Positions 18,038 to 34,095 of a stretch of 64,000 bases of DNA are shown here, piece by piece. This DNA is from the human T2T-CHM13v2.0 reference genome, Homo sapiens. The translations under genes were made by a program, and so were the position numbers. Location of the stretch: the NCBI RefSeq assembly GCF_009914755.1, contig NC_060947.1; one strand, given 5' to 3'. The notes beneath the pieces are model-generated. The model saw only the letters and a program-made list of their open reading frames with translations, was not told the origin of the DNA and did not search any database. Position 1 is the stretch's first letter; each line of letters begins with the position of its first letter.

Positions 18038-19584
18038 GGCAACAAAACACAGCAAAGAGTCTTTTGGCATAGTGGTATGGCATGGCAGGTATAGTACAGT
18101 ATACTACAGTACAGCGTAGTACTGTGTAACGTACACTGTCAAACCACATCATTTGGGTTCACATCCAAGCCACTCATTTACTCTGCAGCCTAAAGCAAAT
18201 TGCTCAATCCTTTTGTGTGCCCCAGTTTCAACATATTTAAAATGTAGTAGATTAGATCATTGTTAGGCAAGTACTCATTCCTGACACCACTTCCTCCCAA
18301 CCTTCGTGGAAGGAGTATACTTACCCACTCCATCCGTGTTGGCTTGACACTATAAGTTGCTTCGAACTCATGCTGGGCAGAGTGTACATCCCCATCTCTT
18401 TATTTGAGGCTCAGCAATGTGCCTCACTATGGCCAATATGAGAAGATGAGACACAAGTGGAAGCTTGAAACGAATTGTGCAGTTTTGCTTTCCCTCTTGA
18501 ACGTCTCCCATGACTATGGGAAAGAAACAGCTGCAGTTTGCCTGCTAGTTTAAGGAGAAAGATGCCTGGAGCAAACCTGAATCCAGTGTGCAGCTTGGAG
18601 CTATGTGCAGATAAGCTCAGACTAAATCTTGCTGGCTCTCAGCCAAGCTGTGGCCACATTGGGGAGATTAAATGATTGCTGTGTTCAGCCATAGAAATTG
18701 TTTGGGGATGCTTCTTATATGGCATTATTGAGGTGCTAGCTGACTGACAGAGATATCAATGATAGAACCTATTTCATAGGGTTGTGAGGATTGCATGAGA
18801 TAATGTATGTAGCACATTTAAAGCACTGTCTGGTGCTGGAGCTTGTTCACAGAGCCTTTGAACTTCCTCTCGGAATATGCAGTTGCCCCTCCAGCCTCCT
18901 CTGCAGGGCTGCTTTCCCTGGCCCACGCACTCCACAATGTTCCAGACTTCCTTGTCCTTCACTGTACTCAGCTTCATCCTCTCATGCCTTTCCACACCTT
19001 TCCAGGTGTTAAGTAGCTGATCTAATTCATCCATGTTAGCACAATAGTGGGAAAATGCTACCTCCACCTTACCGCCTCCGCCCTTCCTGGAAACAAGTGG
19101 TTTGTTATTTTTGTTTGTTTTAAACATTTATTGGAGTCAAAGGCTCCTTTTGTCTCATCCTGGGGAATGAGTCATGATGAACAACTCAGACAAGGGATGA
19201 GGGGATGGGCAGGCTGTTACAAGCTGGGTAGCAGAGGAAGGCTTCTGTGAACGGGAGAACAATTTCTCTGAAAAACCAGGTAGAGCTTTGAGGCAACCCA
19301 GACCTTCAGAGCATGCAGGGCTCATTCAAATCACCCACAGCCCAGCTCTCCACCTGTGCTCAGGGCCAACCCCGTCACTCCCCGCGCATGCAGGTGGCCA
19401 TTGTTGAGAGCACTAACTGATACCCCAAACCTCACCCGAGGAGCCACAGGAAAACTCTTATAAAGGGGTCAAGGGAATGGAAGATGCTGCACTGGCCTGA
19501 GCTACAGGAACCTCCAACCTCGTGACCAGAGGAGGCAGCAGGGGTGGGACCCCTCAGGTATGGCTTGCATGGAGACCAGCCAGG

Positions 19585-19812
19585 ACAGGATTTCTCACCC
19601 GTGGCACTGCAGACACTGGGGGCCAGCTTACTATTTGCTGTGAGGGCTGTCCTGCGCATGTAGGATGTTAAGCAGCATCCTTGACTCCATCCTCTATATG
19701 CCAGTAGTACCTCCCCTACTCCCCACAGCTGTGACAATCAGCGATGTCTACAGATATTGTCGAGTATTCTCTGAGGGACGAGGGTCAAAATACCCTCAGT
19801 TGAGAACCGCTG
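19585..19812 (-). mobile_element. MER20 relic
   Basis: caggatttctca...cagttgagaacc termini. Confidence 0.7.
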
Positions 19813-20333
19813 AGCTAGAGGCATGGAGCCAGAACTGAGATCACAACTATTCTGTCAACAAACACTTCCTAAGCACCTATCATTTGCTAAGCCCTGTGCT
19901 AGAATCTGAGAGTACAGGGATACTAAGGGGGAAAGACCTGTAAATAATGAATAGTAATATCACGTGGTTACTCTCCCATAATCAAGTGGGAGGCAGGCAA
20001 GGATTCAATCTGCTTGGGACAGAAAGAGTCAGGAACCACAGCCAGAGTGGGCACAGACGCCCTAACATGCTTCCCTTCACACCTTCCTCTGGCAGCACTG
20101 CACACTGGGGAATGCCTGCTCCCTCCTCCTCCTCTACAGCAATTTATGCATAATCAGAGCCCCTCACTTCAGAAGATCCCAGATATACGGTCAAGTAATC
20201 CTGTGTGGGGCATGAGATCTGTGCACCAGTTTTTGAATCACTGCTGGAAGTGCTCCTCCCGCTCTAGGATTTCAGGTCTACTTGTCCTCTTTGCCCCTAC
20301 ATCTCTCCGATGCCTTTAAAAACATGACTTTGG

Positions 20334-20680
20334 GGCCAGTCACAGTGGCTCACACCTGTAATCCCAGCGCTTTGGGAGGCCTAGGTGGGCAGATCACCTG
20401 AGGTCAGGAGTTCAAGACCAGCCTGGCCAACATGATGAAATCCCATCTCTAATAAAAATACAAAAAAAAGAAAGTAAGAAAGAAAAAAGAAAGAAAGAAA
20501 ATTAGCCACGTGTGGCAGTGGGTGCCTGCAATCCCAGCTACTCAGGAGGCTGAGGCAGGAAGATCCCTTGAACCCGGGAGTGGGAGGTTACAGTGAGCCG
20601 AGATCACACTACTGCACTCCAGCCTGGGCTACAGAGTGAGTTCTGTCTCAAAAAAATAAAATAAAAATAAATAAAAATAC
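20334..20680 (+). mobile_element. Alu (AluS-type) with expanded GAAA linker
   Basis: Dimer; TSD aaacatgactttg on both sides. Confidence 0.93.
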
Positions 20681-20834
20681 AAACATGACTTTGTCTAATT
20701 TGTCCATTTTGTTCTAGTTGTAGAAGCAGCGGCCTGCCCCTAACCCAAAGCAGAAATCAATGTTTTTTCCATCTCCCCGGCTGCCTCTCACAGGCAACCA
20801 GTGCTGGGAAGCTCTGTTGAAGGAAATGCGTGGG

Positions 20835-20980
20835 CCAGGGGCTCTCCAAATGTGGCTCCCAGCCAGCAAGTCAGCCTCACTACAAACTTGTTAGAAATGC
20901 ACATTCCTAGGCCCCACCCCAGATCTATTGAATGAGAAGCACTAAAGGCTTTCAGGTGATTGTGGCGCATGTTCAAGTTT
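20835..20980. mobile_element. MER5A-like relic
   Basis: aaacttgttagaaatgcacatt..ggccccaccccaga motif. Confidence 0.65.
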
Positions 20981-20986
20981 TTCATT

Positions 20987-21288
20987 GGCAGTCTGGTGCG
21001 GTGGTTCATGCCTGTAATCCCAACACTTTGGGAGGCTGAGGCAGGTGGGTCACAAGGTCAAGAGATCGAGACAATCCTGGCCAAAGTGGTGAAACCCCGT
21101 CTCTACTAAAAATACAAAATTAGCTGGGCGTGGTGGCGTGCGCCTGTAGTCCTAGCTGCTCGGGAGGCTGAGGCAGGAGAATCGCTCGCTTGAACCCAGG
21201 AGGCGGAGGTTGCAGTGAGCTGGAGATCTCACCACTGCACTCCAGCCTGGTGACAGGGCAAGAGTCCGTCTCAAAAAAAAAAAAAAAA
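20987..21288 (+). mobile_element. Alu (AluSc-like)
   Basis: Dimer with GGTCAAGAGATCGAGA and poly-A. Confidence 0.92.
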
Positions 21289-22794
21289 GTTTTTGATTGG
21301 CTGCTAGAGGGGCTGTTCTCTGGCTCTATTCAGTTATCACAGGCTCTGCTTACCTCTGCTCTAAGCCCCAGCCTGCCTGTGTTCAACCCACTCACCCATG
21401 GCTCTTGACGGGTCTTGCTAAGTGGGAGTGCATGCATCCTTGGAAAGCTCTGGCCTCCCAGGTGCGGCCGCCTCACTGTGATCTTGGCCCACTTCCCTCT
21501 CATAGCCCAGGTTCAATGTCTAGGCTCCCACTTGGTTTTCTATTTTGTACTCAAGTTCTGGACATGGGGGTTGCCCCACCCAGGCACTCTTGATGAGAAC
21601 TTCCAGCATTGTCTCCCTGAGTCTGGATGGGTCCCGACCAAAGTCCAGGGCCACCAACACCCAGAGATGCTCAAACTCCTTGGATGCTACTGAAGCTGGA
21701 GACATCTACACCCTTGCACACCTACATCTTGCTACTTGCCTAAGCCCCTGAGGGAGCAGTCCTGGAGTCTGTCTAAATCCAATCCCCTGACACAGTGCTG
21801 GGCCCAATGCCCCCTCCCCCAGGCAGCCAGATGCCTGGGCAGGACCAAATCATTACTCAGGCCAACCTGCCTCCCTCTTCAGCCCTCCCGCTCTTCTGCT
21901 TAATGCAGAATTCATAAAGCAGCTTCCTGTGTATTCTTTAGAGAGCGCTCTCCTGCCACCCAGGAAAAAAAAAAAAATTGAGGGTTGAAGGAATTTAAGC
22001 CAGTAGCAAGGATGGAAAAGAAAGATACAGCAAGAGGAAAAGCAGATAAAATTAAGTGGGGAAGAGGTCAGGCCAAAAGAAAAAGGAGGCAGAGAGACAA
22101 GGGGAAAAAACTGAATCGCCACGGTAGAAAGGAAAGGAAGAGACATGTGGAGGGAATTACGCATGGATTTTATTTGAAAGTGAGAGGCTAGGAAAGCATA
22201 AATAAATGTATAGAGATTCAGGTGGAATTTTGATTTCTACAAACCTTCCCACTAGTCCTACAAGGAGAAAAAAGAAAAAAAGAATCAAGACAGAATTTAA
22301 ACCGATAAACTCGTGTGGAGATTAGCGTGTTCCCGTGGGTTCCAGGCATGGGAATTTGCCTTGTTGAGTTACTCCTACAATATTTGCCTGGCTTCTTAAC
22401 CCTAGGAACAAAAGACCAAGGTTTTCAAAGGGGATCCTGGATGAATCCTAATGAGGCCAATTGTATTAGTCTGGTGTCCTGGTCGTAAACAATAGTACTC
22501 AACTCTAGCTAATCGAAACAGAAAATGAATTTATTCAGGAATAATTAGTAGTTCACAGAATCTCCAAGAGGATACATCAGACATAAAGGCAACGAGGTCA
22601 GGAATGATGTGGCGACATCACAAAACAGCTCCAGCAAAGACCAGACTGAGGCCAAACCTGAAAATGACACCATAGCTTGACCTTGAACAAGAGAGTAGGG
22701 TTTGCCTAGTAGACACAAGAAAAAGAATGTGTTTTCCAGGCAAGGGATGGTGTTAAGATGTATCTCTGACTATCCATCCTCCCCTCTTGCCTTA

Positions 22795-23022
22795 GCAGTG
22801 GTTCTCAACTTGGTTTGATTTTACCCCCAGGGGACATAAGGCAATGTCTGAAGACAGTTTTCTTGTCATAACTAGGGGTGGGGTGATGCTCCTGGCATCT
22901 AGTGGGTGGAGGTCAAGGATGTGGCTACCCACCCTGCAAGGAAGGTGCAAGATAGTGTCCCACAGCAAAGAAGTAACAGAACAAGAATGTCTGTAGTGCT
23001 ATGGTGGAGAAACCCCACTCTG
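22795..23022 (+). mobile_element. MER20 relic
   Basis: CAGTGGTTCTCAAC...GAGAAACCC. Confidence 0.78.
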
Positions 23023-23024
23023 CA

Positions 23025-24160
23025 GTAATAAAACCTGCAATTTTTAGCTGAGTCCCTGGCCACCCAGAATCCAGATCACATTTCCCAGCCTCATTTGCAG
23101 CTATATGCATCTATATGAGTAAGCTCTCACCACTGGGATATGGACAGAAATGATGTGTGCAACTCAGAGGAAAGAAGCATGCCCTCCTGTCTTCATCGGT
23201 TCAGCTGCTCAAATTACCGTAGACTGCGGGACTTAGACAACTGACATTTATTTCTCCCTATTCTGGAGGCTGGGAGGTCCAAAATCAAGGTGTCAGCAGG
23301 TCCAATGTCTGCGGAGGGCTGGCTTCTTGGTTCATAGACAGCTGTCTCCTCATTGTTTCCTTACTTGGTGGAGATGCGAGAGAGAAGCAGAAGCTCTCTG
23401 GTTTCTCCTCTTATAAGGGCACTAAACCCATCGCGAGGTCCACAACCTCATAACCTCATCACGTCCCAAAGGCTTCATCTCCTGACACCATCCCATTGGA
23501 GGTTAGAGTTTCAACATATGAATTTGGGCATGACGCAAGCATGCAGTCTGTAACAGCTCCCCTTTCTCCTTTTCTCCTCTGGATCACAACGTTATGATTG
23601 GACACGGAACAGCGGTCTTAGACCACAAGTTGGACACTGCCGAACCAAGAAAGAGCCACCGAGTAGAAAGAGCCTGGCTCATGGCTGGGCGCGGTGGCTC
23701 ACGCCTGTAATCCCAGCACTTTGGGAGGCCAAGGCGGGCGGATCAGGAGGTCAGGAGATCGAGACCATCCCGGCTATCATGGTGAAACCCCGTCTCTACT
23801 AAAAATACAAAAAAATAAGCCGGGCGTGGTGGCGGGCGCCTGTAGTCCCAGCTACTCGGGAGGCTGAGGCAGGAGAATGGGGGTGAACCCGGGAGGCGGA
23901 GCTTGCAGTGAGCCGAGATCGCGCCACTGCACTCCAGCCTGGGCGACAGAGCGAGACTCCGTCTCAAAAAAAAAAAAAAAAACAAAACAAAAGAAAAGAA
24001 AGGAAAAGAAAAAGAAAGAGCCTGGCTCTCTGCTGCTTGCCAGAACACTGCAGCAGCTCTGAACCTCCGCCCCAACTTTAACCTGAGAGAGAAATGAGCT
24101 TCTGCCTGGCTTATGCAAATTTGGGGCCTCTGTATCTTGCAGCCAAAATGAATCAATTTC
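23025..24160. mobile_element. MLT1-type LTR with a nested MaLR LTR (~23188-23556) and an AluY
   Basis: MaLR motifs; boundaries approximate. Confidence 0.55.
23683..24015 (+). mobile_element. AluY (young)
   Basis: Near-consensus AluY (GAGATCGAGACCATCCCGGCTA, GGAGCTTGCAGTGAG), CpGs intact, TSD gaaagagcctggctc. Confidence 0.95.
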
Positions 24161-24643
24161 ACTGTATTTAGGGGAACCCAAGTTCACTTGCCTGACCTGA
24201 GAAGAGGTCACTCGGGGCAGGTGAGGAAAAAAGGATGAGGCTGCCTGTGGAACGGGACTGAAGCAGGGTTGTCTTCCTGACTGCCGTGGCAGAACCTTGA
24301 CCTCTGAAAGGAATTGGGCCCCACGCCTTCAGATGTCTTCAGGTTTACAGATGTCTCCAAAGCATAATGTTTTCCCCTTGCAATGCAAGACTGTATGACT
24401 TCTCAAGACTTAACTGCATTTGTGACAAGAGAAGGAGCGCAAAGTCAAGTTGCAATAGTGATGCCCACACATGGCTGGTCTCAGTCATCTGCTGAGTGGC
24501 TCACTGCAGCACACTGTCCCACTGTGCCCGCAATATAACTGACTGCAGCAAAAACAACACTTCAGCTGCTCGGAACCCAGGGCCACTCCCAGATTATTGA
24601 TTCTTCAATCACTAAATCCATAAATGCTGTGAATCTCTGATTC

Positions 24644-25262
24644 CAGGGGTCAGCAAACTGCAGCCTGGAGCCCAAACCCCAGCCCACTGTCTGTTTTTGT
24701 ACAGCTCATGAGCTATGAGTTATTTTTACATTTTTAAATTAAATTAAATTATTATTATTTTTTCAGGCAGTGTCTCACTCTGTTGCCCAGGCTGCAGTGC
24801 AGTGGTTTGATCACGGCTCACTGCAGACTCCACCTCCTGGGCTCAAGTAATCCTCCTGCCTCAGCCTCTTGAGTAGCTGGAACTACAGGCATGAACCACC
24901 ATGCCCAGCTAATGTATTATTATTTTTTTGTAGAGATGAGGTCTCCCTATGTTGCCCAGGCTGGTCTCAAACTCCTGGGCTCAAGAGATCTTCCTGCCTT
25001 GGCCTCCCAAAGTACTGGGATTCCAGGTGTGAGCCACTGCACCTGGCCTTTTTTTAAAGGGTTAAAAATCAGAAGAAGAATACTATTTCATGACACAGGA
25101 AAATTTTCTGAAATTCAAATTTCAGCATCTATAAATAAAGTTCTATGGGAATGCAAACATGCTGGCTCATTTAGTTCTTGTCTCTGGACAGAGGCCATCT
25201 GGTTCTCAAAACCTAACATATTTACTACCTGGTGCTTGACAGAACAGGTCTGCTGACCCCTG
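24644..25262. mobile_element. MER58-like hAT element interrupted by an Alu (~24760-25048, minus strand)
   Basis: Perfect terminal inverted repeats CAGGGGTCAGCA / TGCTGACCCCTG. Confidence 0.82.
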
Positions 25263-25739
25263 TCCTATACCATCAAAACATTCACAAGTCAGAGTATCTC
25301 AATTCCCAGGTTGAGCGCAGTTAGCATCTTCCAACTCGATTAACTCTCTCACTAAGCCATAGCACAAATCTTGATAATGTATCCAATAAATAGGGCCAGC
25401 TCTGTGGGCCACTACAGTTGCACAGGCCATGGGTACACTCAATGGACAACTTGGTGGGGTGTGGCAAGGGTGAGCCTTTCCCCCACCCTGATCCAGATAC
25501 CTCACACTTTTTCTTGCTTTTGGAACAAGAAACCTTTCTTTTGTGTTTTGCACTGGACTCTGCAGTTACACAGCCAGGCTTGCCAATAAATACTCATTTT
25601 TTCATTTGCGATTATTGAAAGGCACTCCAGTTTTATCCCTCTGTGTTATTCTTCAATTGGTCATCTTTGTCCTGAAAGAACCACAAGGAAGTATTTCTTC
25701 CTTAGGGCTTCTACGCAGAACAGTCTCGTAGTGCTGTGT

Positions 25740-26152
25740 AGTAACTGATGCTATTGAGTCCTGTCTGTATTATGTCGCCCCCAACCTTGACACACCAAGG
25801 AACATGCCTAGCTGTGTGCAAGACAAGCCACAAAGGCTGAAAAGTTGGGCTCCTAGAAACAGCACTCAACAAATGACCCTTGGCAGTTGGGGTATAAATA
25901 CCCCAGCTCCCTTGCCCCTCAGGTGGGATGACTCTGAGGCATGTTCTACATTATCCCCAGAAGTCCCCAGCAGATTGGGCTCCTGTTGCCAGCAGTGGTC
26001 ACAGGCTTGGGAATCCCTCTTCATTGGCTGTATTCCCTTCCCTGTCTCACTTCCCAACTCCCTTATGGGTGTCTCCTGGGATTAGCTCACACATATACTA
26101 CTTGCACTCAAATCCTGTCTCTGGTCTGCTTTTGGGAAAACCTAAATCTAGA
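25740..26152 (+). mobile_element. ERVL LTR (LTR16-like)
   Basis: gggtataaataccccagctccc...ttgggaaaacctaaa motifs. Confidence 0.65.
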
Positions 26153-27943
26153 TAGTATCAAACTAAGAACCCAGCTGAGGCATAAAGAAAACTTGCATAG
26201 ATTAATATTTTAAAATAATGATAATTCAGCAAGACAGAGTGTGGGCATTTTTGCTCATTGCTGCAGAATGTAACAGACTTTTTTCTCTTATGGTCTAAAA
26301 AGAGGGTGCAGCTTTGACAAGCACAGAGAAACTCTAGATGGTAAAATAGAGGCACCAAAGTAGATATAATTAAGGTGTATTTTTTTCCTATTTGGTTCAT
26401 AAATGTAACATGTGAAAGCTAAATCAATTGCTCTACAAAACAGCAATCTGACCCTTCTGAAAATAATGTCTTTGTGGAAAAAAACTGAGAGAAGAGAAGG
26501 GAACGGGCATAGGACAGCATAGCACAGTCTCGATTACCTAGCTAACTGGATCAGAGTTCTCAAGCAGAAAAGATTAAGTATTGATCCTCAGTGGGGGCAG
26601 GGAGAGAACCCTCTGTGTTTCTGCTTCCCTTTTCCCTGAATCTGCATTTTTATCCTCTATATAGGGGGAATTTTCAACTCCCCTGCCATGTCCATGACAA
26701 CTTTCCACCTCTTACAGAATAAATGATTTTTAGAAAAACCATCTTACTGAGATCATTTGCCTTGACACTGAAAAAAAATTACCATGGCCCCCCTGCAGAG
26801 AAAATATATCTTTACATAAGTGCAAATGAAATGTGAATGTCAGGATTATCAGCTGTTAGCATTAAAACTTAATGCACATGTTCAGTGTTGAAATGACTTT
26901 TACAATCTCTTGTAGTCTCGGGTGGATTTTTTTTGAAACATGATTTGTGTCTATTGTAACAGATGGGGAAGTCACTATTATATACATTAGATAAATGATA
27001 AAAAGCAAAATCAGCTAGATTTTAAAAGGTACTTCAAAAATGTGCTTCTCATTATGCTTTTCTTCTGAGTGTTCAGGCAGATAATTTTCATTTTTAACAA
27101 GGAAGCATATCCATTTCTTGTTATGACTTCTTAAAATATAAAATTAGGCAATGGTGGTTCATTTCAGCCATTTTAATCTTTCTATTCACTTTTGTTAAGT
27201 AATTGTCAAACCCTAATCCATATTCATACTAAAAAATATAGATTTTTATACTGAAGTTGAGGGTGATGTTTTCAGCATCATCAGATGTTTCCTGCAATAA
27301 TGTTAGTTCCGGGCATGAATTTCCACAGGGATTTTCTTTTCTTTTTGCATATTTGCAGAAGTGTATCAAGCTTTCTCTACTGTTAATCATAAATTCAAAG
27401 GAGGACAAAGCAGCTAACTTTTATTATGAGGAGACTTTCCAATCCTACTTTATAGAAGAAGCCAAGTTGAAAAGAGATTCCTTTTTAAGACAGAAAGTAT
27501 GGCGTTGGAGAGGAGAATAAAGTTAACATCTTGATTTCTGCCTTTTAGTCATGCCTATTTGAGATTATAATGAAATCTGCATCCCTCTTGAAAATGAAAA
27601 ATAATCCAGAACCTTGACCCTTTATTGGGTGCCATAGCTGTTGCTAATGGCATGGTTTATAACTCAATCAGCACAAGGAAGAAAGTAACTGCTAATGCAG
27701 AACTGAGCTCAGGCAAGGCCAGAAGAGCCACCTGACTGAGCCCAGCCCAAATTGCTGACCCACGGAATTACAAGCTAAATAAAGGTGATTGTTTTGCATC
27801 ATAAAATTTTGGAACCATTTGTTTAAAAAGCAAGAGCTGACTGATGGAAATACTTTTAAAAATTTTAATTTTACTGTGTATTCAATAATGGTGCTCTGAA
27901 AATTATTTCTCAACTATTCAAAACCAGTAGCATTTTTAATTTA

Positions 27944-28309
<366 letters not shown>

Positions 28310-28402
28310 CTACCAAATAGCACCATCTAAAATGTAGTCACAGACCCTGAAGGGTTAAATTGTTACATGGATCTAACCTTAAGATACCAGGTATTTATAT
28401 AA

Positions 28403-29250
<848 letters not shown>

Positions 29251-29254
29251 ATGG

Positions 29255-29900
29255 ACACTTGGATCAGTTTTGACAATGTGTACACCCACGTAACCCACAC
29301 TTCCACCAAAACAGAACATTTCCATCACCCACACAGTTCTCCTGTACCCTTTTTTAGTCAATCCTCTCTCTATCCAGAAGCAACCACTGATCTGCCTTCT
29401 GTCACTAAACATTTTTTTCCCAGAATTTCATATAATCAAATTGTGCGTACTATTTTGTGATTGGCTTCTTTCACTCAGCCAGAAGCTTTGGAAATCTATC
29501 CCTGTGTGTCATTGCATGTGTAGATAGCTTATTCCTTTTTATTGCTGAGTGATATTCCACTCTATGGCTGATGTCACCGTTCTCCTATTGGTAGACTACC
29601 TGGACTGCTTCCAGCTTTTGGTGACTATGAATAAAACTGCTATTAACATGCTTTCCTCAGGCTGTTCTAGCCATATACTTTAATTTCTCTTAGGTAATTA
29701 CCCAGGGGTAAAATTTTGGGGCATAGGATTGATGTACGTCAAACTTTTCAACATACTTCCAGTTTTCCAATGTGGTTGCCCTCTATAAATTCCTTCTGCA
29801 GTGTATGTGAATTCTGGTTGTTCTACCCCTTGGCCTTCCTTGGGCATGGTCAATAACATCAGCCAGGCCATGCATGTGTACTGGTATTTCACTATGGTCT
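29255..29900 (-). mobile_element. Old L1M fragment
   Basis: L1M 3'UTR-like motifs. Confidence 0.6.
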
Positions 29901-30739
29901 GAAAAAGTCCTTTTAAAGGTGTTTCTTTTGCATAAGGGTTAAGTAACACTCATTTCACCAAACAATAATGATTCTGGATAAATAACTGTCAGGATAAATG
30001 ATTGTTTGGATCATAATTGTCAGGCTTGTCTTGAACTCCTGGCCTCAAGCTATCCTCCCACCTCAGCCTCCCAAAGTGCTAGGATTACAGGCATGAACCA
30101 CCGCATCCAGCTGAGAATCTAGTTCTTAACACAAGTATGCATCTAACCACATCACATTTTTAAATAGTTATGTGGCAAACCTGTGCATCTTATCTCAGTG
30201 CAACATGGCTTCTAAGTATTCCAGCACAAGACTAAGCACCACTGGGACATGTATAAATAAAAAATAGACAGAAATGGGGATGTTGGGGAGAGGGAGGAGG
30301 AGTAAAGACCAGAAAATAGATCACTGATTAGTCAGTGTACATTAATCCAGGATTAAATGTGTGTTAAGCCTCTTTATCTTCTACTGTCTTGCTTTAGTCA
30401 TGGCGTGATGGTTGCACCTGGTAATTTAGTTCATTCAAATACTTATTAAGCCCTTACCTTGTGCTGTCAATTGGGAATATGCTGACCAACAAGACAGATA
30501 CTGTTCCTGCCTTCATAGAGATTACAGTTTAGTGGGAGAAACAGGACAAATAATAAGGAATTCCAGGACAGTGCAGTGGAGGCTGTGATCAGGGCAGTGC
30601 AAAGAGGGACCTATGTGGGACATTAGGGGTCAGAAGAGGCTTCCTAGAGAAAATCCAAGAGGGCGAGTGGCTTACATGAAAAAATATAGTGTTCCGTAGG
30701 GAGAACACAGCACATAAGCCAAGTGAGAGGATGTGGTGT

Positions 30740-31058
30740 AACAATGCATAACAACATTTCCGTCACATAGGCCAGTGTTCCCATAAGACTATAACAGCAT
30801 ATTTTACTATATTTAGCTACATTTAGATTCACAAATACTCGCCGTTGTGTTGCAGTTGCCTACAGTGTTCAGTACAGTCACAGGCTGTCCAGGTTACTAG
30901 TCTAGGAGCAACAGGCTAGACCAGAGAGCCTATGTGTGCAGTAGGCCCTACCAACTAGGTTTGTCTAAGTCCACTCTGTGATGTTCACACAATGACAAGA
31001 TCGCCCAGTGACTCATTTCTCAGAACATATCCTCATCATTAAGTGACGCATGGCTGTA
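30740..31058. mobile_element. Tigger3/MER7-like DNA transposon inside an L2
   Basis: gcagttgcctacagtgttcagtacagt...aagtgacgcatggctgta terminal motif. Confidence 0.65.
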
Positions 31059-31189
31059 TTATATCAGGAGCAAGGAGTACCATATCTGTGGTGGGCAGGG
31101 CTGATCTTGAAGATCTTGTCAGATGTGTTAAAAACCCGGACATTACCCAGAGGACAATGGGAAGCCACTGTTTGGATTTATGAAAGAAT

Positions 31190-31800
31190 GTGAGTGGCAT
31201 CATAAAATGGTGCAGCTGCTCTGGAAAACGGTTTGGCAGTTCCTTGATTTGTTAAACATAGAACTACCATACGACCCAGCAATTCCACTCCTGGGTATGT
31301 ACCCAAAAGAACTGAGCACCAGTACTCAAACAAATATGGATACACAAATGTTTGTAGCAGCACTATCTACAATAGCCCCAAACGGGAAACAACCCAAATG
31401 TCCATCAGTAGGTGAATAGATAAACACAATGTGGTATTACAATGGAATATTATTCTGGTATAAAAGGAATAAAGTACTGATATATGCTACAATGTGGATA
31501 AACCTCAAAAATATTATGCTAAGTAAAAGAAGCCACACTGGAAAACACATTGCAAAACTCCATTTATGTGAACTATTCAGAGTCAGCAAATCCATGGAGA
31601 CAGAAAAGTGGATTCGTGGTTGCCAGGGGCTGTGGGTGGAGGGCAACGGGGAGTGACTGGTTAATGGGGATGGCGTTCCCTTTGGAGGTGATGAAAATAT
31701 TCTGTAAATAGACAATTGATACTAGCACAACATTGGGAATGTACTAAACGTCACTGACAATTAGTTTTCTGTTGTGTATGTTGTACCATAATTTTTAAAT
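31190..31800 (+). mobile_element. L1MB-type 3' fragment
   Basis: ORF remnant LWKTVWQFL..LPYDPAIPLLG followed by L1M 3'UTR. Confidence 0.85.
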
Positions 31801-31968
31801 GAGATTTGTGTTTTTACATCACAGGGAATTAGGGGCTATAAGACTAGAGTCAGAAAGTGCAGTTAAGACCATTTAATTCTGGGGAAAACAATAGCAGAAT
31901 AGTAGTTAGTGGTGGGAGGAAGTTCACAGTTGGAAGTAACATCTAGAAGCTATGACAGGGCTTAGTTA

Positions 31969-32112
<144 letters not shown>

Positions 32113-32775
32113 CTAGATGAAGAAAAAGAAATGACTTTGCTTTTTTCACATCTCTTTTCCCTCTTTAAACCAGCAAGTGTGCATCTTACTCTTGGGCAGT
32201 ATAGATTCCACTTTGTACTTAACTGTGTATCCCAAGCGCTCTGGCTTTCTGCTGATGGAGACAGGGGTTGAGTCCATATGGAAAAACTTGTATCAACCAG
32301 TCCAAAAAGCTGGGCTACCCTTTGGGCAACCCTCACCCCATGCTGACACACACTGAACTTTTCCAGGTCTACACATGTTTAGGATTGTAATTTCCAGTGA
32401 AAGTTACAATTTTTCCATACCTTTAAAATTTATCTTGTGGGAAACAGTCATATAAAATCAACCAAAGTGCCCCATGATTCACTCTGTGTCAGATCCCACG
32501 GTAAGCACTTTACAGCAGTTAGCCCACAGGACACGCTAATAAGCCAGTGGAGAAGGGAGAATTCTTATGTTTGATAAGCTGAGGAAACCAAGGGGTTCAG
32601 ATACACCCACAGCGAATAAGAGCCAGGGTGGGAGTTTGAGCGTACTTCTGACTCCGAAGCTCGTATTCATCACCTCCTTGTTCTGCTGGGTAGAAGACAG
32701 GTTAGACCCACCTGAATTGCAGGAGCTGATTTCTGCTTGATCAGATCCTAATCTCAGATTTTCAGAGGCCCAAAG

Positions 32776-33395
<620 letters not shown>

Positions 33396-33534
33396 GGGCC
33401 AGAACCCTGTAAGGAATTATCATCTTTTGCTTATTTATTTCTCTTCCCTCACTCCTCTCCTTAAGGTAAACAAGAGCTGAGAGAAAAGCCCCATTCAACC
33501 TGGAGGCTCCCTAGAGCTTCATAACGTCCCAAGT

Positions 33535-33760
33535 CAGGGAGCTGCAAACCTGTTCTGTAAAGGACCAGAGAATAAACATTTTAGGCTTTGCTGTCCATGC
33601 AGTCTCTGTTGCAACTACCCAATTTTGTCATTGTAGCCGAAAGCAACCACAGACAATCTGTTACAAGAATGGATGTGGGTATGTGCCAATAACATTTTAT
33701 TTACAAAAATAGGCAGCGAGCTGGATTTGACCCATGGGCAGTAGCTGGCCAACCTCTTCT
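33535..33760. mobile_element. MER58A-like relic
   Basis: caggga..caaac..tctgtaaagg..ttttaggctttg motifs. Confidence 0.7.
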
Positions 33761-33789
33761 AAACCAAGGGTTTGGGATCGTGTTTTGAT

Positions 33790-34095
33790 TTTTTAAAATT
33801 TTATTTTATTTTCTTAGAGACAAGTTCTCACTCTGTCACCCAGGCTAGAGTGCAGTGGCACGATCATAGCTCACTGCTGCCTTCAGCTCCTGGGCTCAAG
33901 AGATTTTTCCACCTCAGCCTCCTGAGTAGCTGGGACTACAGACACGCGCCACCACGCCCAGCTAATTTTAAAACTTTTGTAGAGCTGAGGTCTCACTATG
34001 TTGCCCAGGCTGGTCTTGAATTCCCGGGCTCAAGTGATCCACTCGCCTCGGCCTTCCAAAATGTTGGGATTACAGGCGTGAGCCACCGTGCATGG
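33790..34095 (-). mobile_element. Alu (AluJ-like)
   Basis: Reverse-complement dimer. Confidence 0.9.
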
